Shown here: in pieces, positions 6,972 through 15,363 of the stretch | How positions within the stretch are numbered: position 1 is the stretch's first letter | How the letters are laid out: each line of letters starts with the position of its first letter | Assembly (NCBI GenBank): GCA_036149055.1 | Contig: JAYZQJ010000105.1 | Span: 1-21,783, forward strand | Direction: 5' to 3' | DNA length: 21,783 nucleotides | Source of the DNA: Myxococcota bacterium | GTDB taxonomy: Bacteria > Myxococcota_A > Polyangia > Polyangiales > Sandaracinaceae | The notes under the pieces: model-generated | Seen by the model: the letters and a program-made list of their open reading frames with translations, nothing else | Databases searched by the model: none | Told to the model about the DNA's origin: nothing | Made by a program: the position numbers and the translations under genes

Positions 6972-8663
6972 GTGACTTGGCTTGGGGTGGAGAGGCTGGC
7001 GCTGGCGCTCGTGCTGGCGACCTGTGGCTCGCTGATCGCCGCGCCCGCGCACGCGCAGGGCCCGCGCTACTACGACATGCAGCTGTTCCTGCCGCCGGCG
7101 GCGGGCGGGAGCACCTTCACGATCGCGCGCCCCTCGACCCCGCGGCACCTCAACGCCGTCTTCGGCATCGCCGGCAACTACGCGCTCGACCCCTTCGTGC
7201 GCTCGGAGACGGTCGACGGGGGCACGGTGCTCTTCCCGGCCGCGCCGGTGATCCGTCACTACGCGCAGTTCGAGGCGATGGCCGCGCTCGGCCTCTTCGA
7301 GTTCCTGGAGCTCGGCGTGGTCGTCCCGGTGACCCTGGTCGACGGCGCGACCGACCCGCTGGCCGCGGACTACACCTACGCGACGCAGGCCGGCATGGGC
7401 GACGTGCGCCTGAGCGCCAAGATCCCGATCCTGCGCGGCGACTTCGCGCTCGCGGCCCGCTTCGTGGCCCAGCTCCCGAGCGGCGACTGGAACAACTACT
7501 CCGGCAACGAGTACTGGATCGCCACCCCGAGCGCGGTGCTCGCCTGGGACGCCGGGCCGCTCACGATCTCGGGCGAGCTCGGCTACCGCCTCCGCCAGCG
7601 CCGCGCGATGCCGGGCTTCGAGCAGGACGACGAGATCCACGTCGCGGCCGGCGTGGTGGTCCCGGTGGTCGAGGAGCTCGAGCTCATCGCCGAGTCGCAG
7701 CTCCGGGTGGGCGTCGGCGGGCGCGAGCTGCGCTCCAACGAGGTGCCCTGGGAGGTCGACGGCGGCGTGCGCATCTGGCCGGTGCGGGGCTTCTCGATCG
7801 AGATCGGGGCCGGCACCGGCATCCTCGCCGGCTACGGCGCGCCGCCGATCCGGGTCTTCACCGCCCTCCGCTTCGCCACCGAGCAGGGCGACAGCTGCGC
7901 CGCCGGCCCGGAGGACTTCGACGGCTTCGAGGACGGCGACTTCTGCGCCGACCCGGACAACGACCAGGACGGCATCGAGGACGCGGCCGACGAGTGCGTC
8001 AACGACGCCGAGGACATGGACCGCTTCCTCGACGAGGACGGCTGCCCCGACACCGACAACGACGCCGACGGCGTGGTGGACGACGAGGACAGCTGCCCGA
8101 CCCAGTCGGAGGACCGCGACGGCTTCCAGGACGAGGACGGCTGCCCCGAGCCGGACAACGACGAGGACGGCGTGGCCGACGGGCTCGACCAGTGCCCGAT
8201 GGAGCCCGAGGATCGCGACCGCTACCAGGACGAGGACGGGTGCCCGGAGCCCGGCCCCGAGGCGGCGAGCGTCACGGTGACCGACACCCGCATCCTCATC
8301 TCGGAGCGCATCTACTTCGACTACGACCGCGACACGATCCGCGACGTCTCGATGCCGCTCCTCGACCAGGTCGCGCAGGTCGTCCAGGAATTGCCCGCCG
8401 GGCTGCGGGTCCGCGTCGACGGCTACTCCGACGATCAGGGCGTGCGCGCCTACAACGTGGACCTCTCCTACCGCCGCGCGCGCGCGGTGGTGGAGTACCT
8501 CGCCGGCCGCGGCGTCGACCGCGACCGCCTCGAGTACCGCGGGTACGGCCCGGACAACCCGGTCGCGCCCAACGACTCGCCCGAGGGCCGCGCCCTCAAC
8601 CGCCGCGTCGAGTTCACGATCCTCCAGCGCGGAGAGTCGGCGGGCGGCGGGCGGCGCCGTTGA
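6972..8663 (+). CDS. Outer-membrane protein: signal peptide, predicted beta-barrel, thrombospondin type 3 repeats, OmpA-like peptidoglycan-binding domain
   Basis: Signal peptide ending PAHA/QG; alternating amphipathic strands; DxDxDG/CP repeats; C-terminal IYFDYDR..I, VDGYSDDQG, YNVDLSYRRARAV, NRRVEF. Start is GTG 6972 or ATG 6963. Confidence 0.92.
   Translation: MTWLGVERLALALVLATCGSLIAAPAHAQGPRYYDMQLFLPPAAGGSTFTIARPSTPRHLNAVFGIAGNYALDPFVRSETVDGGTVLFPAAPVIRHYAQFEAMAALGLFEFLELGVVVPVTLVDGATDPLAADYTYATQAGMGDVRLSAKIPILRGDFALAARFVAQLPSGDWNNYSGNEYWIATPSAVLAWDAGPLTISGELGYRLRQRRAMPGFEQDDEIHVAAGVVVPVVEELELIAESQLRVGVGGRELRSNEVPWEVDGGVRIWPVRGFSIEIGAGTGILAGYGAPPIRVFTALRFATEQGDSCAAGPEDFDGFEDGDFCADPDNDQDGIEDAADECVNDAEDMDRFLDEDGCPDTDNDADGVVDDEDSCPTQSEDRDGFQDEDGCPEPDNDEDGVADGLDQCPMEPEDRDRYQDEDGCPEPGPEAASVTVTDTRILISERIYFDYDRDTIRDVSMPLLDQVAQVVQELPAGLRVRVDGYSDDQGVRAYNVDLSYRRARAVVEYLAGRGVDRDRLEYRGYGPDNPVAPNDSPEGRALNRRVEFTILQRGESAGGGRRR
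7896..8250 (+). repeat. 99-bp (33-aa) TSP3-type Ca-binding repeats, about 3.5 units with 8 Cys
   Basis: TGC codons at 7896, 7995, 8094 and 8193 are exactly 99 nt apart; unit C-x4-ED-x-D-x-F-x-D-x-DGCP-x2-DND-x-DG. Confidence 0.9.
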
Positions 8664-8704
8664 TCGCCACTCCCGGTGCGGCCATTCATGGTAGAGCGGC
8701 TCCC

Positions 8705-9364
8705 ATGCGTGCTGCGCTCCTCCTCGCGCTTGCCCTCGGCCTGACCGGCTGCCCCGCGGTCGATCCAGGCCGGACGCCGGAGTCGACCGTCAGCGCCTTC
8801 GCGGCCGCCCTGCGGGAGGGGCGCACCGACGACGCCTACGGGCTGATGAGCGACAACTACCGTCGGCGCGTCAGCCTCGAGGAGTTCCGCCGCTACCTCA
8901 CCGACTACCCGGCCGAGGTCCAGCAGACCGCGCGCGCGCTCAGCCAGCGCCGCGGCCGGGCCGAGGAGGAGGCGGTGGTCGAGTACGGCGAGGGCGAGGC
9001 GCTCCGGCTCGTGCGCGAGAGCGGCGACTGGCGCGTCGCCACCGACGTCGTCGACTTCTACGACCAGTCCACCCCCCGGGCCGCGCTCCGCTCGTTCGTG
9101 CGCGCGATGGAGCGGCGCCGCTACGACGTCGTGCTCGCGCTCATCCCCGAGGCCGATCGCGAGGGCATGACGCCCGAGCGCATGCGGGAGGCCTGGGAGG
9201 GGGAGGGCCGCGAGGAGGTCGAGCGCCTGCTCGCGAACCTCCGGGCCGCGCTCGACAACCCCATCGAAGAGGTCGGCGACCGGGCGACCATGACCTACGG
9301 AGATCGCTTCCGGGTGCAATTCGTCCGTGAGGACGGAGTCTGGCGGATCGAGGACCCGGACTGA
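8705..9364 (+). CDS. Lipoprotein with two tandem NTF2-like (DUF4878-like) domains
   Basis: MRAALLLALALGLTG-C lipobox. Internal repeat: TPESTVSAFAAAL...LRLVRESGDWRV and TPRAALRSFVRAM...VQFVREDGVWRI. Confidence 0.85.
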   Translation: MRAALLLALALGLTGCPAVDPGRTPESTVSAFAAALREGRTDDAYGLMSDNYRRRVSLEEFRRYLTDYPAEVQQTARALSQRRGRAEEEAVVEYGEGEALRLVRESGDWRVATDVVDFYDQSTPRAALRSFVRAMERRRYDVVLALIPEADREGMTPERMREAWEGEGREEVERLLANLRAALDNPIEEVGDRATMTYGDRFRVQFVREDGVWRIEDPD

Positions 9365-9412
9365 CGGCCATTCCCGCGGTGTGGCGCTCGTGATCTGGTA
9401 CCATCCGACGCC

Positions 9413-12400
9413 GTGAGCACTGGCGGCGTGGGCTCTCCGAATCTCGACAAACGTCTCCTCCGGTTCCGCACCCGCGCCGGTCAGGAGGACGCCGCGTCGC
9501 TCGCGCGCGACCTCCTCGACGCGAGCCGGCACGCGGACGCCAGCGACGTGGTCGACAAGGCGCTGAAGCAGTCCCCGGAGGACGGTCAGCTCCTCTTGCT
9601 CGACGGGCGCGCGCGCTTCGCGGGCGGAGATCTGCTCGGCGCGCAGGCGGCGCTGCTCAAGGCGGCTCGCGCGCTGCCCCGGGACAAGGAGCCCTTCCGC
9701 TGGCTGGGCGAGGTGCTGCTCAAGCGCGGCGACCCCGGGCGCGCGGTGAAGGTGCTGCAGCGCGCCCGCGCGATCGATCCGAACGACCGCGCCATCCACC
9801 TGCTCGAGGAGCGGGCCCGGCGGCTCGGCGAGGTCGCGGCCCGCGCGGGCAGCGAGGAGGCGGCGCGTCAGGCGGCGCAGGTGTTCGAGAAGAACGACTC
9901 GGACGTGCCCGAGGAGCGCACCGCGATCCGCTCGGACCTGACCGAGCACCTCCGGAACATCACCCGCCTCGAGGAGGAGGAGGCCGCGCTCTCCGCGCCC
10001 GCCCCCGACGCGTTCAGCGCGGACTTCGACGATCAGCCCACCAACGTCGTCGGCGACGACGCGGTGAGGGACGCGATGGCGCAGCTCCGCGGCCGCGTCG
10101 CCTCGGAGCCGGTGAGCGGCGAGCACGAGCCGGCCACCCTGATGGAGCCGATCCGCTCCAAGACGAGCACCTCGCCCGGGGCCGCCGCCGCGCCCATCCC
10201 GCCGCCGCCCAAGCGCGATCTCCGCCCCAAGCCGCCCCGTCCGCCCAAGCCCGCGGACTCGCCGTTCGGCGCGTCGGACGACGAGATCGACTCGGCGCTC
10301 GGCGCCCTCGGCGGGAGCAAGAAGAAGCCCGCCGCGAAGAAGTCGCCCTGGGCACAGGCCGGCGATCCCTTCGCCGCGCCGAGCGGGCCGCCGCCGCCGC
10401 TCCCGCCCCCCGCGGCTCTCCCTCGGGCCCGCGCGATGCCGCCCGCGCAGCCCGAGCCCGAGCCCGACGAGCCGAAGCGCGCGCCGCCGCCCTTCGAGGT
10501 GACCGCGGATCCGTTCGCGGAGACCGAGCCCGAGCCGGTGGTGGAGGAGCGCCCGCGGGGCCCGGCGCCGGAGCCCGAGCCGCCGATCCCCGACGCGTTC
10601 GCGGACACCGAGACCGGGCCACCCGCGCCGGTCGAGGACGCGCCGCTCGGTGGGGACGCGCAGGAGAACGTCGACGAGATCCTGCGCATGCTGAAGAACG
10701 AGGGGCTCTTCGAGCCTCCCTCGGGCGAGGCGGCCGGGTGGGCCAGCCGCGCCGAGGTGAAGAAGACCGAGCGCGGCGGCACCCGGATCGGCGTCTGGCT
10801 GGGCGTCTTCTGGGTGCTCGCGATCGGCCTGGCCGCCGGCGGCTGGTTCGGCTGGCAGGAGTGGCTGAAACACCGCCACGCCGAGGCCGCGCGTTTCGTC
10901 CAGATGGCCACCGAGGAGGCCTACGCTGGCGATCACGCCGACCTGGTCGACGCCGAGCGCCACCTCCGCGAGGCCCGCGATCTCCACCCGCAGGACACCG
11001 CCGGGCCCACGCTGCTGCTCTTCGTGCACAGCCAGCGCGCGCTCGAGGACGGCGCCTTCGAGGCCGGCTACCTGCGGCCCTCGATCACCCGCGCCGAGCA
11101 GCTCGAGGGCGACGAGATCGAGGCCTACCTGCACGCGGCGCGCGCGGTGCTGAGCGCGGCGGAGGGCGGCTTCGAGCAGGCCCGCGAGCGCATCGGCCAG
11201 GCGGTCGAGGCGCGGCCCGACGATCCCGCGCTCCTCTACCTCGCCGGGCGGCTCGAGCAGCGCCTCGGCGAGGAGGAGGCCCTGGCGCACCTCGAGGCCG
11301 CGGCCGAGGGCGAGGCGAGCCTCAACGCGCCGCGCATCGCGCTGGCCGAGGCCCGCTACGACGAGGGCCGCGCCGAGGACGCGCTCGCGCTGCTGGACGA
11401 GGTGCTGGAGCGCGACGCCGAGCACATCCGCGCCGGCCTCTGGCGCCGCTTCATGACCTCCGACACCGACGAGCCGGCGGAGGCGCTCGCCTCCCTCGAG
11501 GCGCTCGAGGAGGGCCTGGCCGATCACGGCGCGCCCACCGACATGGTGCTGTTCCAGCTCACGAAGGCGCGCCTCTCGCGCCGGCAGGGCAACACCGAGG
11601 CGGCGGCCGAGGCGGTCGACGCGGCGCTGATGGCCGGCGGCTCGGAGCCGCGGCTCCTGTCGCTGGTCGCCACCGAGGGGCGCCGCGCCGGGCGGCTGAT
11701 CGCGTCCGAGATGGCGGCGCGGCAGGCGGTCGAGCGCGCGCCCGAGAACCCGGAGTTCCGCAAGCTGCTCGCCGAGATCCAGCTCGCCCGCCGCAACGGC
11801 CGGGCCGCGCTCGCGACCCTCGCCGACCTCGACGCCTCCGATCCGGACGTGCTCGAGATGCGCGCGGAGGCGGCGCTGCGGGTCGGCACCGAGGAGGTGC
11901 TCACGGCGGCCGCGGAGGGCCTCGACGCGTACGTGGAGGCGAACGAGGAGCCCGGCGTCACCGTGCAGGCGCTCCGCATCCGCACCCACGTCGGCCTCGG
12001 TCAGGCGCGCGAGATGCTCTCCGAGGCGCGGGCCCTGGTCCGCGAGGCCCCGGGCGATCCCTCGGCGGCGCTCGCCCTCGGGGAGGCGGCGCTGGCGCTC
12101 TACGACCCGGAGACCGCCGTCGAGGCGCTCGACCAGGTGGTCCGGGCCGATCCGGAGCACGCCGAGGGGCACTACCTGCTCGGCCGGGCGCGCCGCATGG
12201 CCGGCGACGCGGAGGGCGCCGAGACCGCGCTCCGGCGCGCGCTCGAGCTGACCCCCGAGCACACCGAGGCCAAGCTCGCGCTCGGGGGGCTGCTGCTCGA
12301 CATGGGCAGCTTCGAGGCCGCCGACGAGCTCTACACCAGCCTCGCCCGCTCCGGTCGCACCACCAGCGGCCGCGCGGTCACGGTGGCCGGGCGGCTCGGC

Positions 12401-13054
12401 CGGGTCGAGGCGCTGGTCGGCCTCGGTCGCCTCGACGACGCGCAGGTGCAGCTCGAGGCGCTGACCGACGAGGTCCGCGAGACCGCGTCGGCCCGGATCA
12501 CCGCCGCCCGGCTGGCCCTCGCGCAGGGGCGGAACGGGGAGGCGGTGCGGGCGCTGCAGCCGCTCGCGCGCGGCGAGGGGCCGGCGCCGTCGGTGCTCGC
12601 GCTCTACGCCGACGCGCTCCTCGCGGTCGGGCAGGCCGAGCCGGCCGCCGAGGCCTACGCGGCCGCGCTCGAGGCCGACGCCGGGCTGCCCGAGGCGCTC
12701 CTCGGTCAGGCCGAGCTGGCCGTGCGCAGCGAGCGCGAGGACGACGCCCTGGAGCTGCTCGAGCGCGCCGCGCGGGTCTTCGAGCAGCGCATCCGCCCGC
12801 CCTCGATGCACGCGCGCCTCCACACGCTGGTCGGCCGCGCGCACCTCCTGCAGGGCCGCTCCGGCGCGGAGGCCGCGCGGGCGTCGCTCCGCCGCGCGAT
12901 CGAGACGGAGGCGGCGCCGCCGGAGGCGCACTTCTTCCTGGGCGAGGCGCTCGCGGGGGAGAACAGCCCGGAGTCGCGGGCTTCGTACGAGCGGTATCTG
13001 GAGCTGGCGCCCGAGGGGGCGTTCGCGAGCCGGGCTCGTCGGGCGATTCGTTAG
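9413..13054 (+). CDS. Large single-pass membrane TPR protein (N-terminal TPRs, Pro/Glu-rich linker, TM, long C-terminal TPR array)
   Basis: TPR signatures (ARALPRDKEPFRWLGEVL, PEHAEGHYLLGRA, PEAHFFLGEAL, YERYLELAPEG); one TM IGVWLGVFWVLAIGLAAGGWFGW; strong codon bias. Confidence 0.9.
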   Translation: MSTGGVGSPNLDKRLLRFRTRAGQEDAASLARDLLDASRHADASDVVDKALKQSPEDGQLLLLDGRARFAGGDLLGAQAALLKAARALPRDKEPFRWLGEVLLKRGDPGRAVKVLQRARAIDPNDRAIHLLEERARRLGEVAARAGSEEAARQAAQVFEKNDSDVPEERTAIRSDLTEHLRNITRLEEEEAALSAPAPDAFSADFDDQPTNVVGDDAVRDAMAQLRGRVASEPVSGEHEPATLMEPIRSKTSTSPGAAAAPIPPPPKRDLRPKPPRPPKPADSPFGASDDEIDSALGALGGSKKKPAAKKSPWAQAGDPFAAPSGPPPPLPPPAALPRARAMPPAQPEPEPDEPKRAPPPFEVTADPFAETEPEPVVEERPRGPAPEPEPPIPDAFADTETGPPAPVEDAPLGGDAQENVDEILRMLKNEGLFEPPSGEAAGWASRAEVKKTERGGTRIGVWLGVFWVLAIGLAAGGWFGWQEWLKHRHAEAARFVQMATEEAYAGDHADLVDAERHLREARDLHPQDTAGPTLLLFVHSQRALEDGAFEAGYLRPSITRAEQLEGDEIEAYLHAARAVLSAAEGGFEQARERIGQAVEARPDDPALLYLAGRLEQRLGEEEALAHLEAAAEGEASLNAPRIALAEARYDEGRAEDALALLDEVLERDAEHIRAGLWRRFMTSDTDEPAEALASLEALEEGLADHGAPTDMVLFQLTKARLSRRQGNTEAAAEAVDAALMAGGSEPRLLSLVATEGRRAGRLIASEMAARQAVERAPENPEFRKLLAEIQLARRNGRAALATLADLDASDPDVLEMRAEAALRVGTEEVLTAAAEGLDAYVEANEEPGVTVQALRIRTHVGLGQAREMLSEARALVREAPGDPSAALALGEAALALYDPETAVEALDQVVRADPEHAEGHYLLGRARRMAGDAEGAETALRRALELTPEHTEAKLALGGLLLDMGSFEAADELYTSLARSGRTTSGRAVTVAGRLGRVEALVGLGRLDDAQVQLEALTDEVRETASARITAARLALAQGRNGEAVRALQPLARGEGPAPSVLALYADALLAVGQAEPAAEAYAAALEADAGLPEALLGQAELAVRSEREDDALELLERAARVFEQRIRPPSMHARLHTLVGRAHLLQGRSGAEAARASLRRAIETEAAPPEAHFFLGEALAGENSPESRASYERYLELAPEGAFASRARRAIR

Positions 13055-13081
13055 CCAGCTTCGCCGCCGCAGGCGGCGAAG

Positions 13082-13256
13082 CCCCGTGCCCTTGCCCGTG
13101 CCCGCGAGGAGCGCAGCGAGTGCGCGACGCGTCAGAAATGCGCCCCGTTCGCGAAGAGCTCGTCGCGCTGCGGAGATGGTTCCATTCCAGCGGCCCGTGC
13201 CCGAGAAGTCTTCGCCATTCACGGGCAGGGGCACGGGCAGGGGCACGGGCACGGGG
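13082..13256. repeat. Intergenic REP-like element built from GTGCCC/GGGCAC hexamers in inverted orientation
   Basis: Left arm ccccgtgcccttgcccgtgcccg (13082-13104), middle copy gcccgtgcccg (13193-13203), right arm cgggcaggggcacgggcaggggcacgggcacgggg (13222-13256). Confidence 0.75.
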
Positions 13257-13371
13257 GTGGGCGGGGCGTTCGTGTGCCTCCTGCACATGGGCCGCACACC
13301 GTTTCTGCGCCTCGCCGTGCTCGATCTCACGCCGTCGCGCGAGGCATGGGGATTGCCTCTGTTGGGGACGC

Positions 13372-13509
13372 ATGGGTGCGGCGAGTCGAGTTCAGATCAC
13401 GGCGAGGGAGGTGATCCTCATCACCCTGGTGGCGCTCGCGTTGATCCGCGGCTGCGCGGTCACCGACGAGCCGGCCGCCGATCTGGTCGTCCCCGCCGAG
13501 CTGCCCTGA
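13372..13509 (+). CDS. Putative 45-aa small membrane protein
   Basis: MGAASRVQITAREVILITLVALALIRGCAVTDEPAADLVVPAELP; GGGGA upstream; one hydrophobic helix; ends 6 nt before the convergent kinase stop. Confidence 0.5.
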   Translation: MGAASRVQITAREVILITLVALALIRGCAVTDEPAADLVVPAELP

Positions 13510-13515
13510 CGGCGC

Positions 13516-15183
13516 TCAGCCGTCCAGGCGCTGCAGCCGGCCGCGCACCGCGCCGGCTTCGGGCGCGCCGGGCGCGACGCGGAGGAAGCGGCGGTAGGCG
13601 CGCGCGGCCTCGGGCTGACGACCGAGCCGCTCGTAGGTGAGCCCGAGGCCGCGCCAGGCCTCGGCCCGGCGAGAGTCGGCGTAGCTGGCCTCGCGGTAGA
13701 GCCGCTCGGCGGCGCCGAGCCGACCGCGGAGCAGCGCCTGCTGCGCCTGGGTGAGGAGGGCCTCGACGTGCGCGCTCGGCGCGGGCGCAACCCTCGGCGC
13801 GGCGGCCGGGGTCTCCGGCTCCTCGGCCGGAGCAGCGGCGGGCTGGCGAGCCGCCGGTCGAGGACGCCGGACCCGCGGGCGCGGAGCCTGGGCGGCGAGC
13901 TCCTGCGTCTCGGGCTCCGGCGTCTCGGGCTCCGCCTCGGGCGCGACCGCTTCGGGCTCCACCCGCGCGGGCGCCTCGGGCGCGGCCTGGGCGGACGGCG
14001 CGGCCGGGCCCGCGTCCGCGCGCGGCGGGACCGCGGGGGCGGCCGGGGTGCGGGTCGTCCAGGCCCAGGCGACGCCGCTGCCGGCGAGCAGGAGGCCGAT
14101 CGCGATCGCCGCGATCAGCCCGGTCCGGCGGCGCGGAGCCTGCCCGGAGGTGGACTGCGCGGAGGTGGACTGCGCGGGGATGGCCCGCGGGGAGGTGGCG
14201 GGAGGGAGCGGCGCCGGGAGCGGGGTCTCGGGGACGGCCACGGCGAGCGCCGGCTCGGTGCTCCGCGCCTCGCGGGCCCGGCGCACCTTCACCACCTCGA
14301 GCGACGGCGGCGCGCTCTCGCGCAGCGCCACCGCCCGGAGCCGCTTCATCAGGGCGCTGGCCGACCTCGGGCGACGCGCCACGTCGCGGCTGAGCGCGTC
14401 GGCGAAGATCGCGTCGAGGGCCTTGGGGAGCGGGCGCACGGTCACGTCGGAGACCCGCGGCGCCGTCTCGGTCACCTTCGCGGTGAGGATGCCCATGACG
14501 CTGTCGGCGTCGTGCGGGATGTTCCCGGTCAGCAGCTCGAAGGCCACCGCCGCGAGCGAGTAGACGTCGGCCGCCGCGGTCGCCCCCGCCCCCTCGGCCG
14601 CCTCGGGCGCCATGTAGTGCGGCGTGCCCATGACCATGTTGAGCTTGGTCAGCTTCTCGTCGGCGTCGCGGAGCGCGGCCAGGCCGAAGTCGACGAGCTT
14701 GATGACCTCGCCGCCGGCGGTCCGCGCCTTGAAGATGTTGGCGGGCTTGATGTCGCGGTGGAAGACGCCGCGGGCGTGCGCCTCGTCGAGGGCCGAGGCC
14801 ACCGGCTCGAGGGCGTCGCACACCGCCTCGAGGTCCAGAGTCTCGCCGCGCTCGAGCGGCGCCTCGAGGTCCTCGCCCTCGAGGAACTCCATCACGAGGT
14901 AGGGAGAGCCGTCGGGCATGCGCCCCAGATCGAGCACCTTCACGATGTTCGGGTGCCCGATGGAGCTGGCGGTGCGGGCCTCGCGCTGGAAGCGGGCGAC
15001 GACCGTCGGGTCGTGGCTCGCCGAGCCGAGCAGGACCTTCAAGGCCACGCGGCGGCCGAGCTCGATGTGCTCCGCCTCGTAGACCGCGCCCATCCCGCCC
15101 TCCGCCAGGAGGCGGCGGAGGCGAAACCGATCACCGATGATCTGTCCGGGAGTGAGTGCGTGCATCTTGGCCAGCGCGTCCAT
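13516..15183 (-). CDS. Hanks-type Ser/Thr protein kinase with TM and C-terminal TPR
   Basis: AEGGMGAVY, VALK, RFQREA, HRDIKPANIF, DFG, GTPHYMAPE, DVYSL; TM LIAAIAIGLLLAGSGVAWAW; C-terminal TPR AEAWRGLGLTYERLG. Start is 15183 or 15165. Confidence 0.95.
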   Translation of the reverse strand: MDALAKMHALTPGQIIGDRFRLRRLLAEGGMGAVYEAEHIELGRRVALKVLLGSASHDPTVVARFQREARTASSIGHPNIVKVLDLGRMPDGSPYLVMEFLEGEDLEAPLERGETLDLEAVCDALEPVASALDEAHARGVFHRDIKPANIFKARTAGGEVIKLVDFGLAALRDADEKLTKLNMVMGTPHYMAPEAAEGAGATAAADVYSLAAVAFELLTGNIPHDADSVMGILTAKVTETAPRVSDVTVRPLPKALDAIFADALSRDVARRPRSASALMKRLRAVALRESAPPSLEVVKVRRAREARSTEPALAVAVPETPLPAPLPPATSPRAIPAQSTSAQSTSGQAPRRRTGLIAAIAIGLLLAGSGVAWAWTTRTPAAPAVPPRADAGPAAPSAQAAPEAPARVEPEAVAPEAEPETPEPETQELAAQAPRPRVRRPRPAARQPAAAPAEEPETPAAAPRVAPAPSAHVEALLTQAQQALLRGRLGAAERLYREASYADSRRAEAWRGLGLTYERLGRQPEAARAYRRFLRVAPGAPEAGAVRGRLQRLDG

Positions 15184-15363
15184 GCCTGGGGCCACTACGA
15201 GAACCGTGCCAGTGACATCTTCGTGGCGTGCTGGATTTCGGGGAGCGAGAGTGGGTGGCTCGACCCGATACACCCGAGACGGGCTGTGGGCTGGATCCTA
15301 CGAGCGGGATCCCCGATCGGATCGGGTTGCCGGACCGTCTACGCCCGACCTATGGTCCGCGCC

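Noticed and set aside
8468..13330. 1620-aa minus-strand ORF and other long overlapping ORFs (e.g. 265..1995, 10738..13509, 15298..17403, 19327..20859)
   Set aside because: Stop-poor antisense or off-frame shadows expected at very high GC; no recognisable domains.
13086..13640. 184-aa ORF with GTGRGTGTG repeats
   Set aside because: Translation product of the GGGCAC repeat element; overlaps the kinase and shows weak codon bias.
14146..14175. 15-bp direct duplication (ggaggtggactgcgc x2) in the kinase
   Set aside because: In-frame slippage in a disordered linker (AQSTS x2); no sign of an insertion element.
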